A stretch of DNA of 40,720 nt from positions 37,476-78,195 of the forward strand of contig CALSCP010002424.1 of assembly GCA_943704425.1 (NCBI GenBank). The letters run 5' to 3'. Below are positions 1 through 11,729 of the stretch, in pieces; position 1 is the first letter of the stretch, and every line of letters starts with the position of its first letter. This DNA is from Ministeria vibrans ATCC 50519 (taxonomy: Eukaryota; Protista; Filasterea). The position numbers and the translations under genes are program-made. The notes under the pieces were generated by a model. That model was not told where the DNA came from. It did not search any database and worked only from the letters and a program-made list of their open reading frames with translations.

Positions 1-3
1 GTG

Positions 4-7
<4 letters not shown>

Positions 8-65
<58 letters not shown>
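8..65. repeat. (GT)n intronic microsatellite
   Basis: Direct inspection. Confidence 0.95.
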
Positions 66-66
<1 letters not shown>

Positions 67-102
67 CCGTGCTATGGTGCTCAAACGGTCGGGGTTTCTT
101 AG

Positions 103-558
103 GTGATTCAATTGTTGACGGGAAAGCTACAGCGGACTCGACAGGTGGCAGAAGAGAGTGCGCGACAGTTGCAGCTGTATGAGCCCAACGGAGGTACTGA
201 GCCAATGCGACAGAGGATAGCACAGTTGGAGGAGCGAATGGGGTGGAAGGAGAGCGAGCTGGCGCACCTGAAGAACGTGTTGGACCTGTGCAACGAGCGA
301 CTGGACGCAGCCATCCAGCAGATTGGGTACTACCGACAGCACGGGCAGAACAACAACAACAGCAGCAGCAGCAACAACAACCGCAAGAGTGCGTCTCTCA
401 TTGGTGGGCCTAGTGCCGGCGACTCGGACGAACAGGCGTCGCTCGAACACCAGCTGGCCAAGGCACACGATGCTTGCCTTGCTCACCAGCAACACAATGC
501 CTATCTCTCCCGGGAACTCGAACGCGTTCGTGCTCTTGTGGATCCCAAGACGATTTAA
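103..558 (+). CDS. Last exon of a gene starting before the window; coiled-coil protein, unassigned
   Basis: Acceptor ttag at 99-102 follows a (GT)n intron. Open frame VIQLLTGKLQR...VDPKTI* with heptad-like segments; stop 556-558. Confidence 0.6.
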   Translation: MIQLLTGKLQRTRQVAEESARQLQLYEPNGGTEPMRQRIAQLEERMGWKESELAHLKNVLDLCNERLDAAIQQIGYYRQHGQNNNNSSSSNNNRKSASLIGGPSAGDSDEQASLEHQLAKAHDACLAHQQHNAYLSRELERVRALVDPKTI

Positions 559-792
559 TGATGATTTTTGTTTTTTTGTTTTGCATTTCTTGTTGTTGGT
601 GACGCCTGAGTGGATAGCAATGTAGACAATAATAATTAATAGACAATGTTTGGTGAAGTGATCAGTATTTAACAAGTGCTATGTGTCTTTTCATTCAATG
701 CCCAACAAAATAAATACAATTCTACATTTAATACAAATCTTTTGCTACATTTGGTTGGTTCGACTCCTTTGACCTCTTTGACTCCTTTGACC

Positions 793-2449
793 ATGACCCA
801 ATTACACTTCATTGTCGTGTGTTTCATCGTGGCTGCTGTCGTGGACGCTTCTGTTGCTCTTGCGAACTTCCGCTTTGCCAAATCCTACGGCGACCACATG
901 GTTCTGCAAGCGGAGCCTCTGCAAGCGGTTGTGTGGGGCTACTGCAAGACAGGCCAGGCCGTGCAGGTGTCACTGGACGGTGCCAAGCCGATTAACGCCG
1001 AAATTCGTCCATCTCTCTCCCCCTCTGCCTCCGACGAGTCCCTCTGGCGAGTGACCCTTCCCATAACACCACCATCGTTGACGACACACACGCTGACAGC
1101 AACCGACTCATTCGGCTCCGTCATTAGTCTCACAGACGTCCTTTTCGGCGATGTGTTTGTGTGCTCCGGCCAGAGTACGCTCTCATTGCTTCTCCTCTCT
1201 CCCTCACTTCTTCTTCTTCTTTCTTCTTCTTCTTCTTTTGCTCTTTCTAGGCAACATGGCCTTCCTTGTGCAAAACGCCTTCGACGGCCTGCAAGCTGTC
1301 CAGGAGGCCAACGACTACCCCAACATTCGACTGTTTACGACAAGCAAGGTGGAGTCGGCAGAACCACTCGAAGACCTATCGAAAGTTGAGTTGGAATGGT
1401 CACAAGCATCCAATGTGTCCATTTCTCAGTCCAACAGGGGCGCCAACGACGACAACTGGCTCTACTTTAGCGCCACCTGCTGGTTCACGGCGCTTCACAT
1501 CTTCAAGGCACGTCCTGCCGTTCCGCTCGGCCTCGTCTCGTCCAACTGGGGCGGTACCAGCATCGAGGCTTGGAGCAGTCCAGCAGTGCTGGCCCAGTGC
1601 AACGACACACACCTCGTGGCGAACGACATCACCGCCAATCCTACACACACAACGCTCTACAATGCAATGTTGCATCCTCTCTTCAACATGACCATTCGTT
1701 CCTTTCTCTGGTACCAAGGTGAATCCAATTCGGGCGCTCCCGACATGTATGCGTGTACCTTCCCGGCGTTCATTGCTGACCTGCGCCAGCGATGGCACAT
1801 AGCCACAGACGCACTTACTGATCCCCTATTTCCATTTGGTTTTGTGCAATTGGCCGCACAGCTCGACTCAAACCCGCTCGGCTTCACTGGACTGCGCTGG
1901 GCACAGACAGCCGAACAAGGAGAGGTTCCCAATTCGAAAATGCCGCATGTGTACATGGCAGTGGCGTACGACTTGGGAGACGCCGCCAGCCCGTACGGGA
2001 GTGTGCACCCGCGGTACAAGAAGGATGTGGGCGAGCGACTCGGCAACGCCGCTCTGGCCGAGTTGTACGGTAACATACAGGCCATGCGACGTCCTTACGT
2101 CACGCATGCCACAGCCGCACCAGGCGGTTCCATCACACTGACCTTCTCTCAGCGTATCAACATTCGCAATGCCACCATTGCCAACTGGGAAGTGTGCCCC
2201 ACCACATCGCTCTCGCTCTGCATGCAGTCCACCGACTCTTCTTCCGGCTGGCTCCCCGCCCACATCACTCACGCAACTTCCATCACTGTTACCGTCGCCC
2301 TCACATTGCCTCCCTCCACATCTACACCTCTCAGTGCCCTCCGCTTTGCCTGGTCTGTCTTTCCTTGTCCCTACAAGTCCTGTGCTCTCTACGCTGACTC
2401 GCACGATGACGCTGCTCTTCCTCCCGCCCCGTTCCTGTGGAAACTGTAA
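793..2449 (+). CDS. SIAE: Sialate O-acetylesterase (SASA/SGNH family), signal peptide; 2 exons (793-1174, 1251-2449)
   Basis: Splicing GT(1175)-AG(1250) restores GDVFVCSGQSNM. Motifs YGDHMVLQ, WGGTSIEAWS, WYQGESN and the catalytic D..SPYGSVHPRYK are present; hydrophobic N-terminus. Confidence 0.92.
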
Positions 2450-2586
2450 CATTTTTGAAACGTTCCCCATTTATAATTATATACATTCAAGACACGTTTG
2501 TTCTTTAAATCTCTTTCATATCTTTCTTGGTTTACTATTTTTTTTGAAATCATCAGTCGAGCCGTCCCTTTTGAGTTCATCTCTTT

Positions 2587-4860
2587 TTACTGTCCATAAC
2601 GGACCTATTGAAAAAGAAAAACAATAATAAATTTATAAATTTAATAAAATATTAATAATAATAAACTTATTATTATTATTATTATTATTAGTGAAAAATA
2701 TTATATTTACCTGGAAGTCACTTAAGGCATCGGTGAGACGACCAACTACAATGCTTGCGCCCTTCTTAAGGGCCTCAATGTCCGAGATGGCCTGGTTAGC
2801 AAAGTCGTTGCTGCCCCCACTGCCACCACCACCACTGCTGCTGCCACCGGGGTTGCCAAAGTACGTGTCCGAGGAGATGCCGCCGGAGTTGCTGAAGCGC
2901 GCACTTGACGCAGGGCCCGACGAGGCCGAGGGGGACGATGAGGCAGAGGACGTGCCAAATACCTGGTCGGACGAGATGCCCTTGGCATTGGCAAACTTAC
3001 TGAGTGACGGTGAAGGCGCGGCAGAGGAAGCTGTTGGGGCGGCTGCACGATGTGCCGAAGACGATGCGCTGCTGCTGTTACTGAAGGCGCTGTGCGACGA
3101 GAAGGCTGACGTAGACGAAGGCGCTGTCGAGGTGGGCGCAGCCGACGACGCACTGGTGTGACGATCGTACTGCGAAAAGAAATCGTCGGCAGCCACGCGC
3201 GAGTCACGTCCGTACACGCCACCCCCACCACCACTGCTGCTTGCGTAGGGATTGGAGTCGGCGGATGACGCCGAAGGAGAGCCATAGCTGGCGAAGGGGT
3301 CGGCGGCAAATGGGCTGTGGGTAGCACGGGCACCCGCATGGCGGTAGGGGTTGGCGGCGCGTGCCTGTGGCACATCGTCACCCTCTTGCTGCACCACAGT
3401 CATTTCCGACGACGCACTATGCGAAATGACGCTTGTTGCACCGCCCTGGGTCATTTGTGACACGCCCATGCCAAGTCGTTCAAGCTGGCGCTTCTTCTCG
3501 TCCGTCATGGTTGCTTGGCTGCGGCCCGCCTGATACGCCACGCGCTCGCCCGCTGATGCCACCGCAGCCGCTGCGGACGTCAGGCTTCCATCGCCCACAG
3601 ACATTGCCGCGTTACCACCGACACCTCCCACTCCGCCAGTGGTGGGCAGTCCGCGCTTTCGCTCTTCTTCCATTTCCTTGGCCTCGCGCTCAATTGCATC
3701 AAAGTCAATTGCCTCTTTGGTGGCCTTTTTGGCGCCCAGTCCCGTCGTCTTCTTGCCAATGGTCTTGCGTGCCCCAATGGCACTCTTCCTTGCCGTGGTG
3801 GACGACGTGGTTGTCCCGGTGGCTCCACCACCACCCATGGTGACCTTGGCCGTTGCCATGGTTGTTAGTGCTGGAGCTGCTGCTGTTACCGCGGGCGCTG
3901 CAAGGGTGACATCAGCAGTGGGGCTAGGCGAGACAACGGGCGTGCCGGCAGTGCGTGGTGCGGGCGCCATGTGTTGTGATTCGTCAAAAAAGTCGGGCTG
4001 TGCCGACGCGGCAGCGGCAGCCGCGGCGTGGTGTGCATCGTCGTGCAGGATGTTCGTTTCGCCGTACTTCTTCATCTCCAGTGCCGTCAGCGACGCAATC
4101 TTGTCACGGTACAGTGCTGCTGCACGACTGTTGTATTTTACCGGAGCCGACGCACTAGTTTCCGTGCCTGCAACGGAACAAGAGAATGAGCCATGCTAAA
4201 AATGATCAAAGGCGCCTACCGTGCTGCTTGAAGAACTGCTGTGCCTTGGCATTGCCACCGACCTTCATGTTCCACAGGTACTCGTACGACCACTGGTCCA
4301 GTTGCGTTGACCTATTCGTGAGCGGAGAGTGAACAAGTCAGCCGCTGCAGAATGGCCCCGGCTCGCCCATCGCGACTCGTTGGCTCCTCAAACCGAGCTC
4401 AAAACAATAAAAAAAAAGGCGAAGATGCACAGGAGAGGGCGGAAGAAGCGATAGCGATGGCGTGTGCGATGCGGGGAGGTAAGTTTTAGATTTTTTTTTG
4501 GAAATTCGATTTTCATGGTATAGATACGGGCGGTATCGTCGCTGGCAGGAAACACCGGAGGGGGGTGTGTGTTGTGTGATGAAAGAGAAACGATGGGAAG
4601 AGGGCGTGGAAGCGGAGGGTGAGGCGAGAAAGTGCCACCACAGCGGAAAGGACAAAAAAAGGAGAGAGAACGTACCGAACAAAGCTGAGGTGGACGCCCA
4701 GAGCACGGTGGGAGGCTGCACAGTTGAGGCAGAGCCAGACGCCGTAGAAGGGCGATGCCCAAGAGGGACTTTTGCTGTGGCAATCGAAACAGACACGGTT
4801 GGCAGCCATGGTCTTGAGGCGCTTAAACACCACATCGCGCTCGTGGGGTGTCGCCTCCAT
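2587..4860 (-). CDS. ARFGAP2/3: ADP-ribosylation factor GTPase-activating protein, ArfGAP2/3 (Glo3) type; 4 exons
   Basis: ArfGAP zinc finger CFDC..(16)..CLNC and [19 protein letters not shown]...[22 protein letters not shown] and two Glo3 motifs ([19 protein letters not shown]). Tiny last exon 2604-2587 gives VRYGQ*. Confidence 0.93.
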
Positions 4861-5016
4861 ATTGGATATTTAGTATGCGCGAAAGTGACGAAACAAAAGA
4901 TAAGTGAAATGACAAAGTGGACAAAAAAGGTCAAAGAGTGATGTGAACTGTGTGTGTGTGAAACTCTCTGAACATCATTTTTTTATTCATTGTTTGTTGA
5001 AAATCACCAGTTCACC

Positions 5017-5358
5017 ATGGGTGGAATGAAGCTTCTTGAATCGGTTGAGCAGTACGCACTGCAGCGCGAGAGCCACAATCATATGTTTAAGTGGACCAAG
5101 AGAAATATTATTGGAGTAAGTTGTTTGAAAATGGCGGTAGATTCGATGGCCCGTCTGTCCACCGACGACATGTGCACGCGTCACTAACGGCTCGCCGGTT
5201 GCAGGTTATGATTTTTGGCGTTGGCGTTCCCTGTTTGCTTGTGAGGACGTTTGTGCGCGACCAGGTACGGCCCTTGCGCTCCTCTGCGCTTCTATTTGTG
5301 GCTATAGGCCTCTCTTCAACGACCATGGTGGATTTGGTTCTTATTTTTGAGTGGATAG
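5017..5358 (+). CDS. Small single-TM protein, probable complex I accessory subunit NDUFB4/B15 (3' end uncertain)
   Basis: Exons 5017-5115 and 5205-5264 splice to MGGMKLLESVEQYALQRESHNHMFKWTKRNIIG-VMIFGVGVPCLLVRTFVRDQ. This resembles the E-W/Y...RE....F(R/K)WT.RN + TM pattern of NDUFB4-family proteins. Confidence 0.6.
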
Positions 5359-6122
5359 TGTTGAAAATATGATTTTTTGACGTTTTGATTTTTTTTTTTT
5401 TTTTTTTTTGCTTTTTGTGCAATGAAGAGTCAACGAAGGAAGTGATTTGGGGGGAGGGGGGGTAGTGAAGATGTGGGGAGGGATGGTGAAGAGGAGGGGG
5501 TGGTGATGAAAGGGCAGCGAAGGGGGCAGGAAGGAGAGAGATGCGGACGAGATGAGGAAGGTGTATTACTTATTGCCATGATTGTAGTATCTGTCTGTGT
5601 CTTTTGACTTCATTTTATCCTATTGTGTCTATGTGTGCGTGCATATGTGCGTGTATGTATGTACCATGTTTTGTGTTGTACGTGCAGTGGGTGGTTGGGT
5701 TCTTCATTGTCGTCTGAGCAACTGGGTCCCGCTCACTCATGTTTGTTGTTGGTTCTTGTAGCAAGCGAAAGCGGACAGGGAGGGTGTCGAGCGACCTCGT
5801 TTCTGGGGCGACAAGTTTTGGGGATTGCCTCCGCGGGATTGAGCTTGTGGTGTGTGTGTGTCTGTGTGTGTGTGTGTGTGTGTGTGTATGTGGGTGGAGA
5901 ATGAGTGAGCAACGCCAGTTGTACAAGTATATAAGAAAGGAAGCGTAAATTTTTTCAACCTGACGTTACAATCTATCCATGGGAGTGAATCCAGTGATAT
6001 GACTTTCTATCGCGCACCATATCACATGTGAAGTAGTCATTCTGTCATATTCGTAATGACGAATTGACGATCTTGAATTTTTGAATTCTGATGTACAAAT
6101 TTATTGACGCACTTTCTTCATT

Positions 6123-8604
6123 ATGAGCACTGCTGCTGAAGTGATTACGGGAGTGTTCCCTGACATTGATATGACTGTCGTGGAGTATATTACGGGTGAG
6201 GAGGACTTTTCTGTGCGTTTGTGATCGGCTGTTGAACTTTTGTTTCAGGTGTCGTGGACGACATGGACGAGGACGATCTCGACGAAATGGACGACATCAT
6301 TGGGCCGCTAATCACCGAGAGCACCGATGCCGATGATCAGGCTGTCGCGTAAGGCTCTACACACACTTGTCGCGTGCAAAAAAAAAATAGAAAAAAAAAT
6401 TAATAGGTGTCGTGATACTTTTCTTTTCGTCTCTGTCCTCTCTTTGACTTCTCCAGCGCTGTCTGTGCCAAACTGCTGGCACTGAAGACAGGCCATGCGC
6501 CGTCGTCGGGCAGCGAGAGCAAGAAAGCGGGTGATGGGGCACAGGGGAAGGGCGCAGAGCGGACAGGAGCGGGGGCGGCGGGGGCGGACGCACCGTCGAC
6601 GGCGTCGCGGCTGCTGCAGGCGCCCGTCACGATGAAGAAGATGGCGGACGAGGTGTCTGAGGAGATTGCCGCCATGAAGGAGGTGTTTATGGACCGGGCG
6701 CGGGTGATGGAGTCGCAGGTGGATGCGGGCAAGCTGAAGAAGGAGGACGAGCGGCGGCGCATCAAGCTGGAGCGCGCTGAGGCAGCGAGTGAAGACGCTG
6801 CTGCCTCCCATTTGCGGGCGTTGGCGGTGGGCGCAGCGGCTGTGGCGGCAGGTACTAGTGAGAACTCGGCGTCGGCCAACTGTGCGCCGTCCAAGAGCAC
6901 ACAGAACACGCGGGACATTCAACTGCGCGACTTTGACCTTGCGTTTGGCGGCAAAATGCTATTGGTGGGGGCGTCAATCAACATCAACTTTGGACGACGG
7001 TACGGTCTTGTGGGACGCAACGGGGCGGGCAAGTCGACGTTTATGCGTGCGCTGAGTCGACGGGATTTGCCCGTGCCATCTGACATGAGTATCCTGCACG
7101 TCGAGCAGGAGGTGGTGGGTGACGAGACGATTGCGCTTCAGTCGGTGCTGGATGCGGACGAAGCGCGCGCGGCACTGGTCAAGGAGGAGCAAAAACTCAC
7201 GGCGTTTCTCAACAAGAAGAAGCCAGAGTCAAACGAGGAGGAGAAGAAGGAGAGTGAGTCGAGTGAGTCGAGTGAGACGAGTGAGACTAAGGCTGAAGCG
7301 AAGACTGAAGCGAAGACTGAAGAGAACGCAACAGAAGTAGAAGAGATTGCGATGGACACTGCACAAGCAGCGACCCGGCTCAACGAAGTGTACGCCGCGC
7401 TGGAGGAGATGGAGGCCGACAAGGCACCGGCTCGCGCGTCAGTAATTCTGTCTGGTCTGCAGTTCACGACTAAGATGCAAGGGATGCGCACACGCGAGTT
7501 CTCAGGTGGCTGGCGCATGCGCTTGGCTCTGGCCCGCGCTCTCTTTTCGCGCCCGACTCTGCTCTTGCTCGATGAGCCGACTAATATGCTCGATATCAAC
7601 GCGGTGCTCTGGCTCGAACGGTACCTCGCGGAATGGCCCACGACATTGCTCGTAGTCAGTCACGACCGAGTAAGGACAAAGGAGAGAGGAGGGAGAAAGA
7701 AAACAAACGTGTTTAAAAATACTAATTGCGAGAGAAAGAAAGAGAGATAGTGAGAGAGAAGAGGAGGAAGAAAGAATCAAAAGTGTGATAAGAGAGAGAG
7801 AGAGTATGAGAGAGTTCCTCACTCTGAATGTGACACACTGTCAACAATCTGTCTGACTGTCTGACTGTCTTTGTCTTGTCTGACAGGAATTCCTCAACTG
7901 CGTCGCGACGGACGTCATTCATCTGACGCCCACCCGTAAACTGGACGCATACACCGGCGACTACGACCGCTTTGAGACACTGCGCGCAGAGAAGCTTGTG
8001 ACGCAGCAGAGGCAGTACGACGCACTGCAGATGGAGCGGGCGCACATGCAGGAGTTTATTGACCGCTTCCGATACAATGCGAAGCGTGCATCGCTTGTTC
8101 AGAGCAAAATCAAAGCAATGGAGAAGCTGTACGACACACACAAAAACACACACTGTTGCTGCTTCCTTGTGATTGATTCTTTCTGTGTGTGTTTTTAGTC
8201 CTAAGTTGGAGCCTATTGTGAAGGATGTTGAGGTGCAGTTCCGCTTTCCTAACCCCGAGGCATTGGGACCTGTAAGACACTGACACACATACACGCTCAC
8301 TGAGACTCACCGGAGACTGAATTTTTTTTTGTGTGTGCAATAGCCCATTTTGGCGTTTCAAGATGTTACGTTCCAGTACGAAGGGACGAGCAAGCCCATC
8401 TTCAGCAACGTCAACTGCAGTGCGCGAATGGACTCACGCATTGCGATTGTGGGCGCCAATGGACAGGGCAAGACGACCCTCTTGAAACTCATTACGGGTG
8501 AGAACACTGTCACGACGGGGTTCATGCAGCGTCATCCAAAGCTCAAGGTGCTCAATATATATAATTATTATAATAATTATTATTATAATATATAATTATA
8601 TATA

Positions 8605-8680
<76 letters not shown>

Positions 8681-9577
8681 TGTGTGTGTTTGTATTGTTT
8701 TTTTCTCTCTTCGTTTCACTCTCATTTGTTATTCTGTCTTCGACTCGCTCTCTCGTCACTTGCTGTGACTGACTTCACTGTCTTTTACTCACAGTTAATG
8801 ACTCTCTTTTTGTGTACCTGGTACTGTATCTTACTCACTCACTTTCTTGCTTCCTCTCGACCTCTGTGGCTTCATCAGGTGGGATACTTCTCTCAGCATT
8901 TCGTCGACCAACTCCCACTCGGGGCCACTCCCATTTCTTATTTGGCTGCTGAGTTCCCCAATCTCCCTCAACAGACCTACCGCTCTCAATTGGGTACTTG
9001 ATCAATTGCATAATATTCCACAGAGACGACTGATCCTTTTTGATTGTTTGTGTGTTTGTATAGGATCGTTTGGTTTGACTGGTGAATTGGCTCTGCAGCA
9101 GATCTCATCGTTGAGTGGCGGTCAGAAACTGCGCGTTGTGTTTGCTTATCTTGGAATGCTCTGTCCCCACTACTTGGTGCTTGATGAGCCGTCGAATCAC
9201 GCTGATCTCGAGGTACTCTTTTATCCCATACCCTAATGACTAGTGTAAATTCAGCCCGAATACCAAGCGTATCTCTACCCCTATTCCCAACGAAAAAGGT
9301 TACTCTAACCCTAGTATCATCATCGTGTAACCCCTTAAGAGTCACTTCTCCGTCTCATCTTTTTTTCCTTTCATTCTATTTGCAGACGGTGGATGCTCTG
9401 TCGAGTGCTCTGCGCAACTTTGGCGGCGGTGTGCTGCTGGTCACTCACGACGAGCGTCTCATCAACAACGTCTGCTCTGAGCTGTGGGTGTGTGCCGACG
9501 GTGCCGTCACCGAGTACAAGGGCGACTTTGCCGACTACAAACGTTCTCTCTTGGCTGCCCTTGAGAAGACCCTCTGA
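6123..9577 (+). CDS. ABCF3: ABC-F translation factor, GCN20/ABCF3; about 9 exons
   Basis: Two NBDs and no TM domains: GRNGAGKST / FSGGWRMRLALARALF / LLLDEPTNMLD and GANGQGKTT / LSGGQKLRV / LVLDEPSNH. Linker HMQEFIDRFRYNAKRASLVQSKIK; acidic N-terminal domain. Confidence 0.95.
8608..8688. repeat. (GT)n microsatellite in an ABCF3 intron, preceded by AT-rich (TAT/AAT)n
   Basis: Direct inspection. Confidence 0.95.
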
Positions 9578-9759
9578 TCGTCTTGCTCTTCCCCCCTTGT
9601 ATATATATACACCAAGATATATTTTCTTGTCCATCTTTCCCCCTTACAGTTTGAAGGCTGTTAACTGTTATCGGCTTATTGCGCCTTTTAACACCAAAAG
9701 ATACCTTTCCGTAGAAAAATGACTTTCAAAATTGCGAAATACAATGTTTTTGGAATACA

Positions 9760-9807
9760 TGGGGGATTTTGAATAGATGGGGGATCACCTGGGGGATTTT
9801 GAATAGA
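9760..9807. repeat. Direct repeat TGGGGGATTTTGAATAGA x2 in the ABCF3-NUCB spacer
   Basis: Two 18-nt copies separated by a partial copy (tgggggat). Confidence 0.8.
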
Positions 9808-9947
9808 GTTCGCAAATTCGCGTTTCGCAAATCGCAATTGATTACAATTATGATTATTAAAATTTCAATTATTTCATTTTTGGCCTGACCTAGTCAAGTT
9901 ATTAGTGACACTACATCCTATTGGTTGACGGAGAAGGCAAATTGGAA

Positions 9948-11664
9948 ATGCGCCTCATTTTGGTTGTGTGTGTGAGTTTGGCTCTGGCGCATTTCGCGTC
10001 AACGGCGCCCATCCGCAAGGCAGTGCATGAAGAGCCCGACGATGTTATTGTCGACGAGTTTGTTCCGTCGGAGGTATGGGAGCGCGAGAGAACATCGATG
10101 GCGTTGCTGGTTGTGATGACGATCGAATGTATGTCGACGTGGAATGATTTTTTTCACTCCCTCTGTAGAGCGATATGGAGGAATTTGTGCGATCGGTGCA
10201 ACAGTATGTGGAAGAAAACGCCGAAGTAGAACGTCAGTATCGGAAGCACTTCAAGTTGACGCCCGATGAGACGCTGAAGGTAAGTGAACTTTTTAGAATA
10301 TTCCGTCGATCGCTGACCGGTCTCTCTTGACTGCGCTCCTTCCTGTGTGTTTAGATGGATTTTGGTATGGCACGCGAGTTTGCTGATATGACAGGCGAAC
10401 GGTCGGTTGAAGAGGAGCACGAGAGACGTGAGCAAAGGGACGATGTGGAGAGAGTGCAACACCGTCGGCGGGGAATGCCGCAGGAGCGCACTGCCGTAAG
10501 CACAGTCGCCCTGGGCGAGCACTAGTGCGGCGTAGGCCCTGACTGAAACGCTGCATTGTGTATTGTAGGAAGATGAAGAGTACGAGCAGCTGCAGGGGAT
10601 TTTGGACGATCCTGACCGTCACGCGCCGCTGAGTGATGCCGACATCAAAGACATTCAAGAACGCATGCTGAAACGGTGAGAGGACAGTCGTATGTATCCC
10701 ACATGGCTTACGTGCAAAAAAATGATTCCATAGTGATCAAAACCGACGCAAACGGTTCAAGGAGGAGCGGATGAGACGGGAGATGGAACGACGTGCAGAT
10801 CTGGCGGCAATGGAGGACGAGAAGTCACGGTCGGTGGCGGAGGAGGCGCACCGGGCGAAACAGGATGCACTGCGCCAGCACGAGGAGCTAAAGCATCCGG
10901 GAAGCAAGGAGCAGATGGAGGAGGCGTATGAGGAGGAAGGGTTTGACCGGGATGAGTTTGATCTGCAGAGTTTCTTCAAGTTGCATGATATTGATGACAG
11001 TGGCTTCCTGGATGTGAACGAAGTGGAGACGTTGCTGCTGAAGGAGGCACGAAAGGTGTACAAGGACGACGATGTGCTGGTGCGAGAGGAAGCCGCGCGG
11101 ATGCGAGAGCATGTGGTGGGGGAGGTGGACAAGAACAAGGACACGCTGGTGTCGCTGGAGGAGCTGGAGGCGGTCTTTGGCGGTGGCAATGGGGCAAGGG
11201 CGGAAGAGGAAGGGGAGGAGCATGGCGGAGCAGGGGAGGAGGAGGCCGGATGGGTGGACATTGAGGATGAGGGGGAGTACACGGAGGAGGAGCTGAAGGT
11301 ATTTATGGAGAAGCATGGGGTGCGGGTGGAGGTGGAGGAAGAGCATGGCGAGGGGGCCAAGGAGGAGGAATTGCGAGTGGGAACGGAGCATACGCTGGAT
11401 GAGCTCAAGAAGCACGCACGGGAGCGCAGGGAGGAGAAGGAGAAGGAGAAGGAGAAGGAGAAGGAGAAGGAGAAGGAGAAGGAGACGGAGAAGGAGACGG
11501 AGAAGGAAACGGAAAAGGAAAAGGAAAAGGAAAAGGAAAAGGAAAAGGAAAAGGAAAAGGAGGAGGAGGATGCTGTGGTAGTGGAGGAGCACGTTGGGGA
11601 GGCGGTTGACGAGGATCATCACGATGGTGCTGGTAGCGATACACAGAAGAAGAAGGACAACTGA
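9948..11664 (+). CDS. NUCB: Nucleobindin (secreted/Golgi EF-hand Ca2+-binding protein); 5 exons
   Basis: Signal peptide MRLILVVCVSLALAHFASTAP. HPGSKEQMEE, FFKLHDIDDSGFLDVNEVE (EF1) and RMREHVVGEVDKNKDTLVSLEE (EF2) match the nucleobindin signature. Confidence 0.88.
11431..11560 (+). repeat. Coding hexamer repeat (GAGAAG/GAAAAG)n encoding (EK)n in nucleobindin
   Basis: Direct inspection. Confidence 0.95.
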
Positions 11665-11729
11665 AAATGATTATAAACTAATATAATTATATTATTATAC
11701 TTTATATTGATGATACAAATTTTGCGAAC

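Noticed and set aside
5583-5594. TGTAGTATCTGT is identical to the U2 snRNA branch-recognition region
   Set aside because: Only 12 nt. No flanking U2 sequence and no convincing C/D boxes for an antisense guide RNA.
6076-6084. Sm-site-like AATTTTTGA upstream of ABCF3
   Set aside because: No U1/U2/U4/U5/U11/U12 conserved motifs nearby; expected by chance in an AT-rich promoter.
9225-9340. Telomere-like TAACCC/CCCTAA words in an ABCF3 intron
   Set aside because: Few, scattered and degenerate; no tandem array.
10737-11644. Long antisense and alternative-frame ORFs here and across GC-rich exons and microsatellites
   Set aside because: Shadows of real coding sequence or translations of simple repeats (poly-CV, poly-HT, poly-L).
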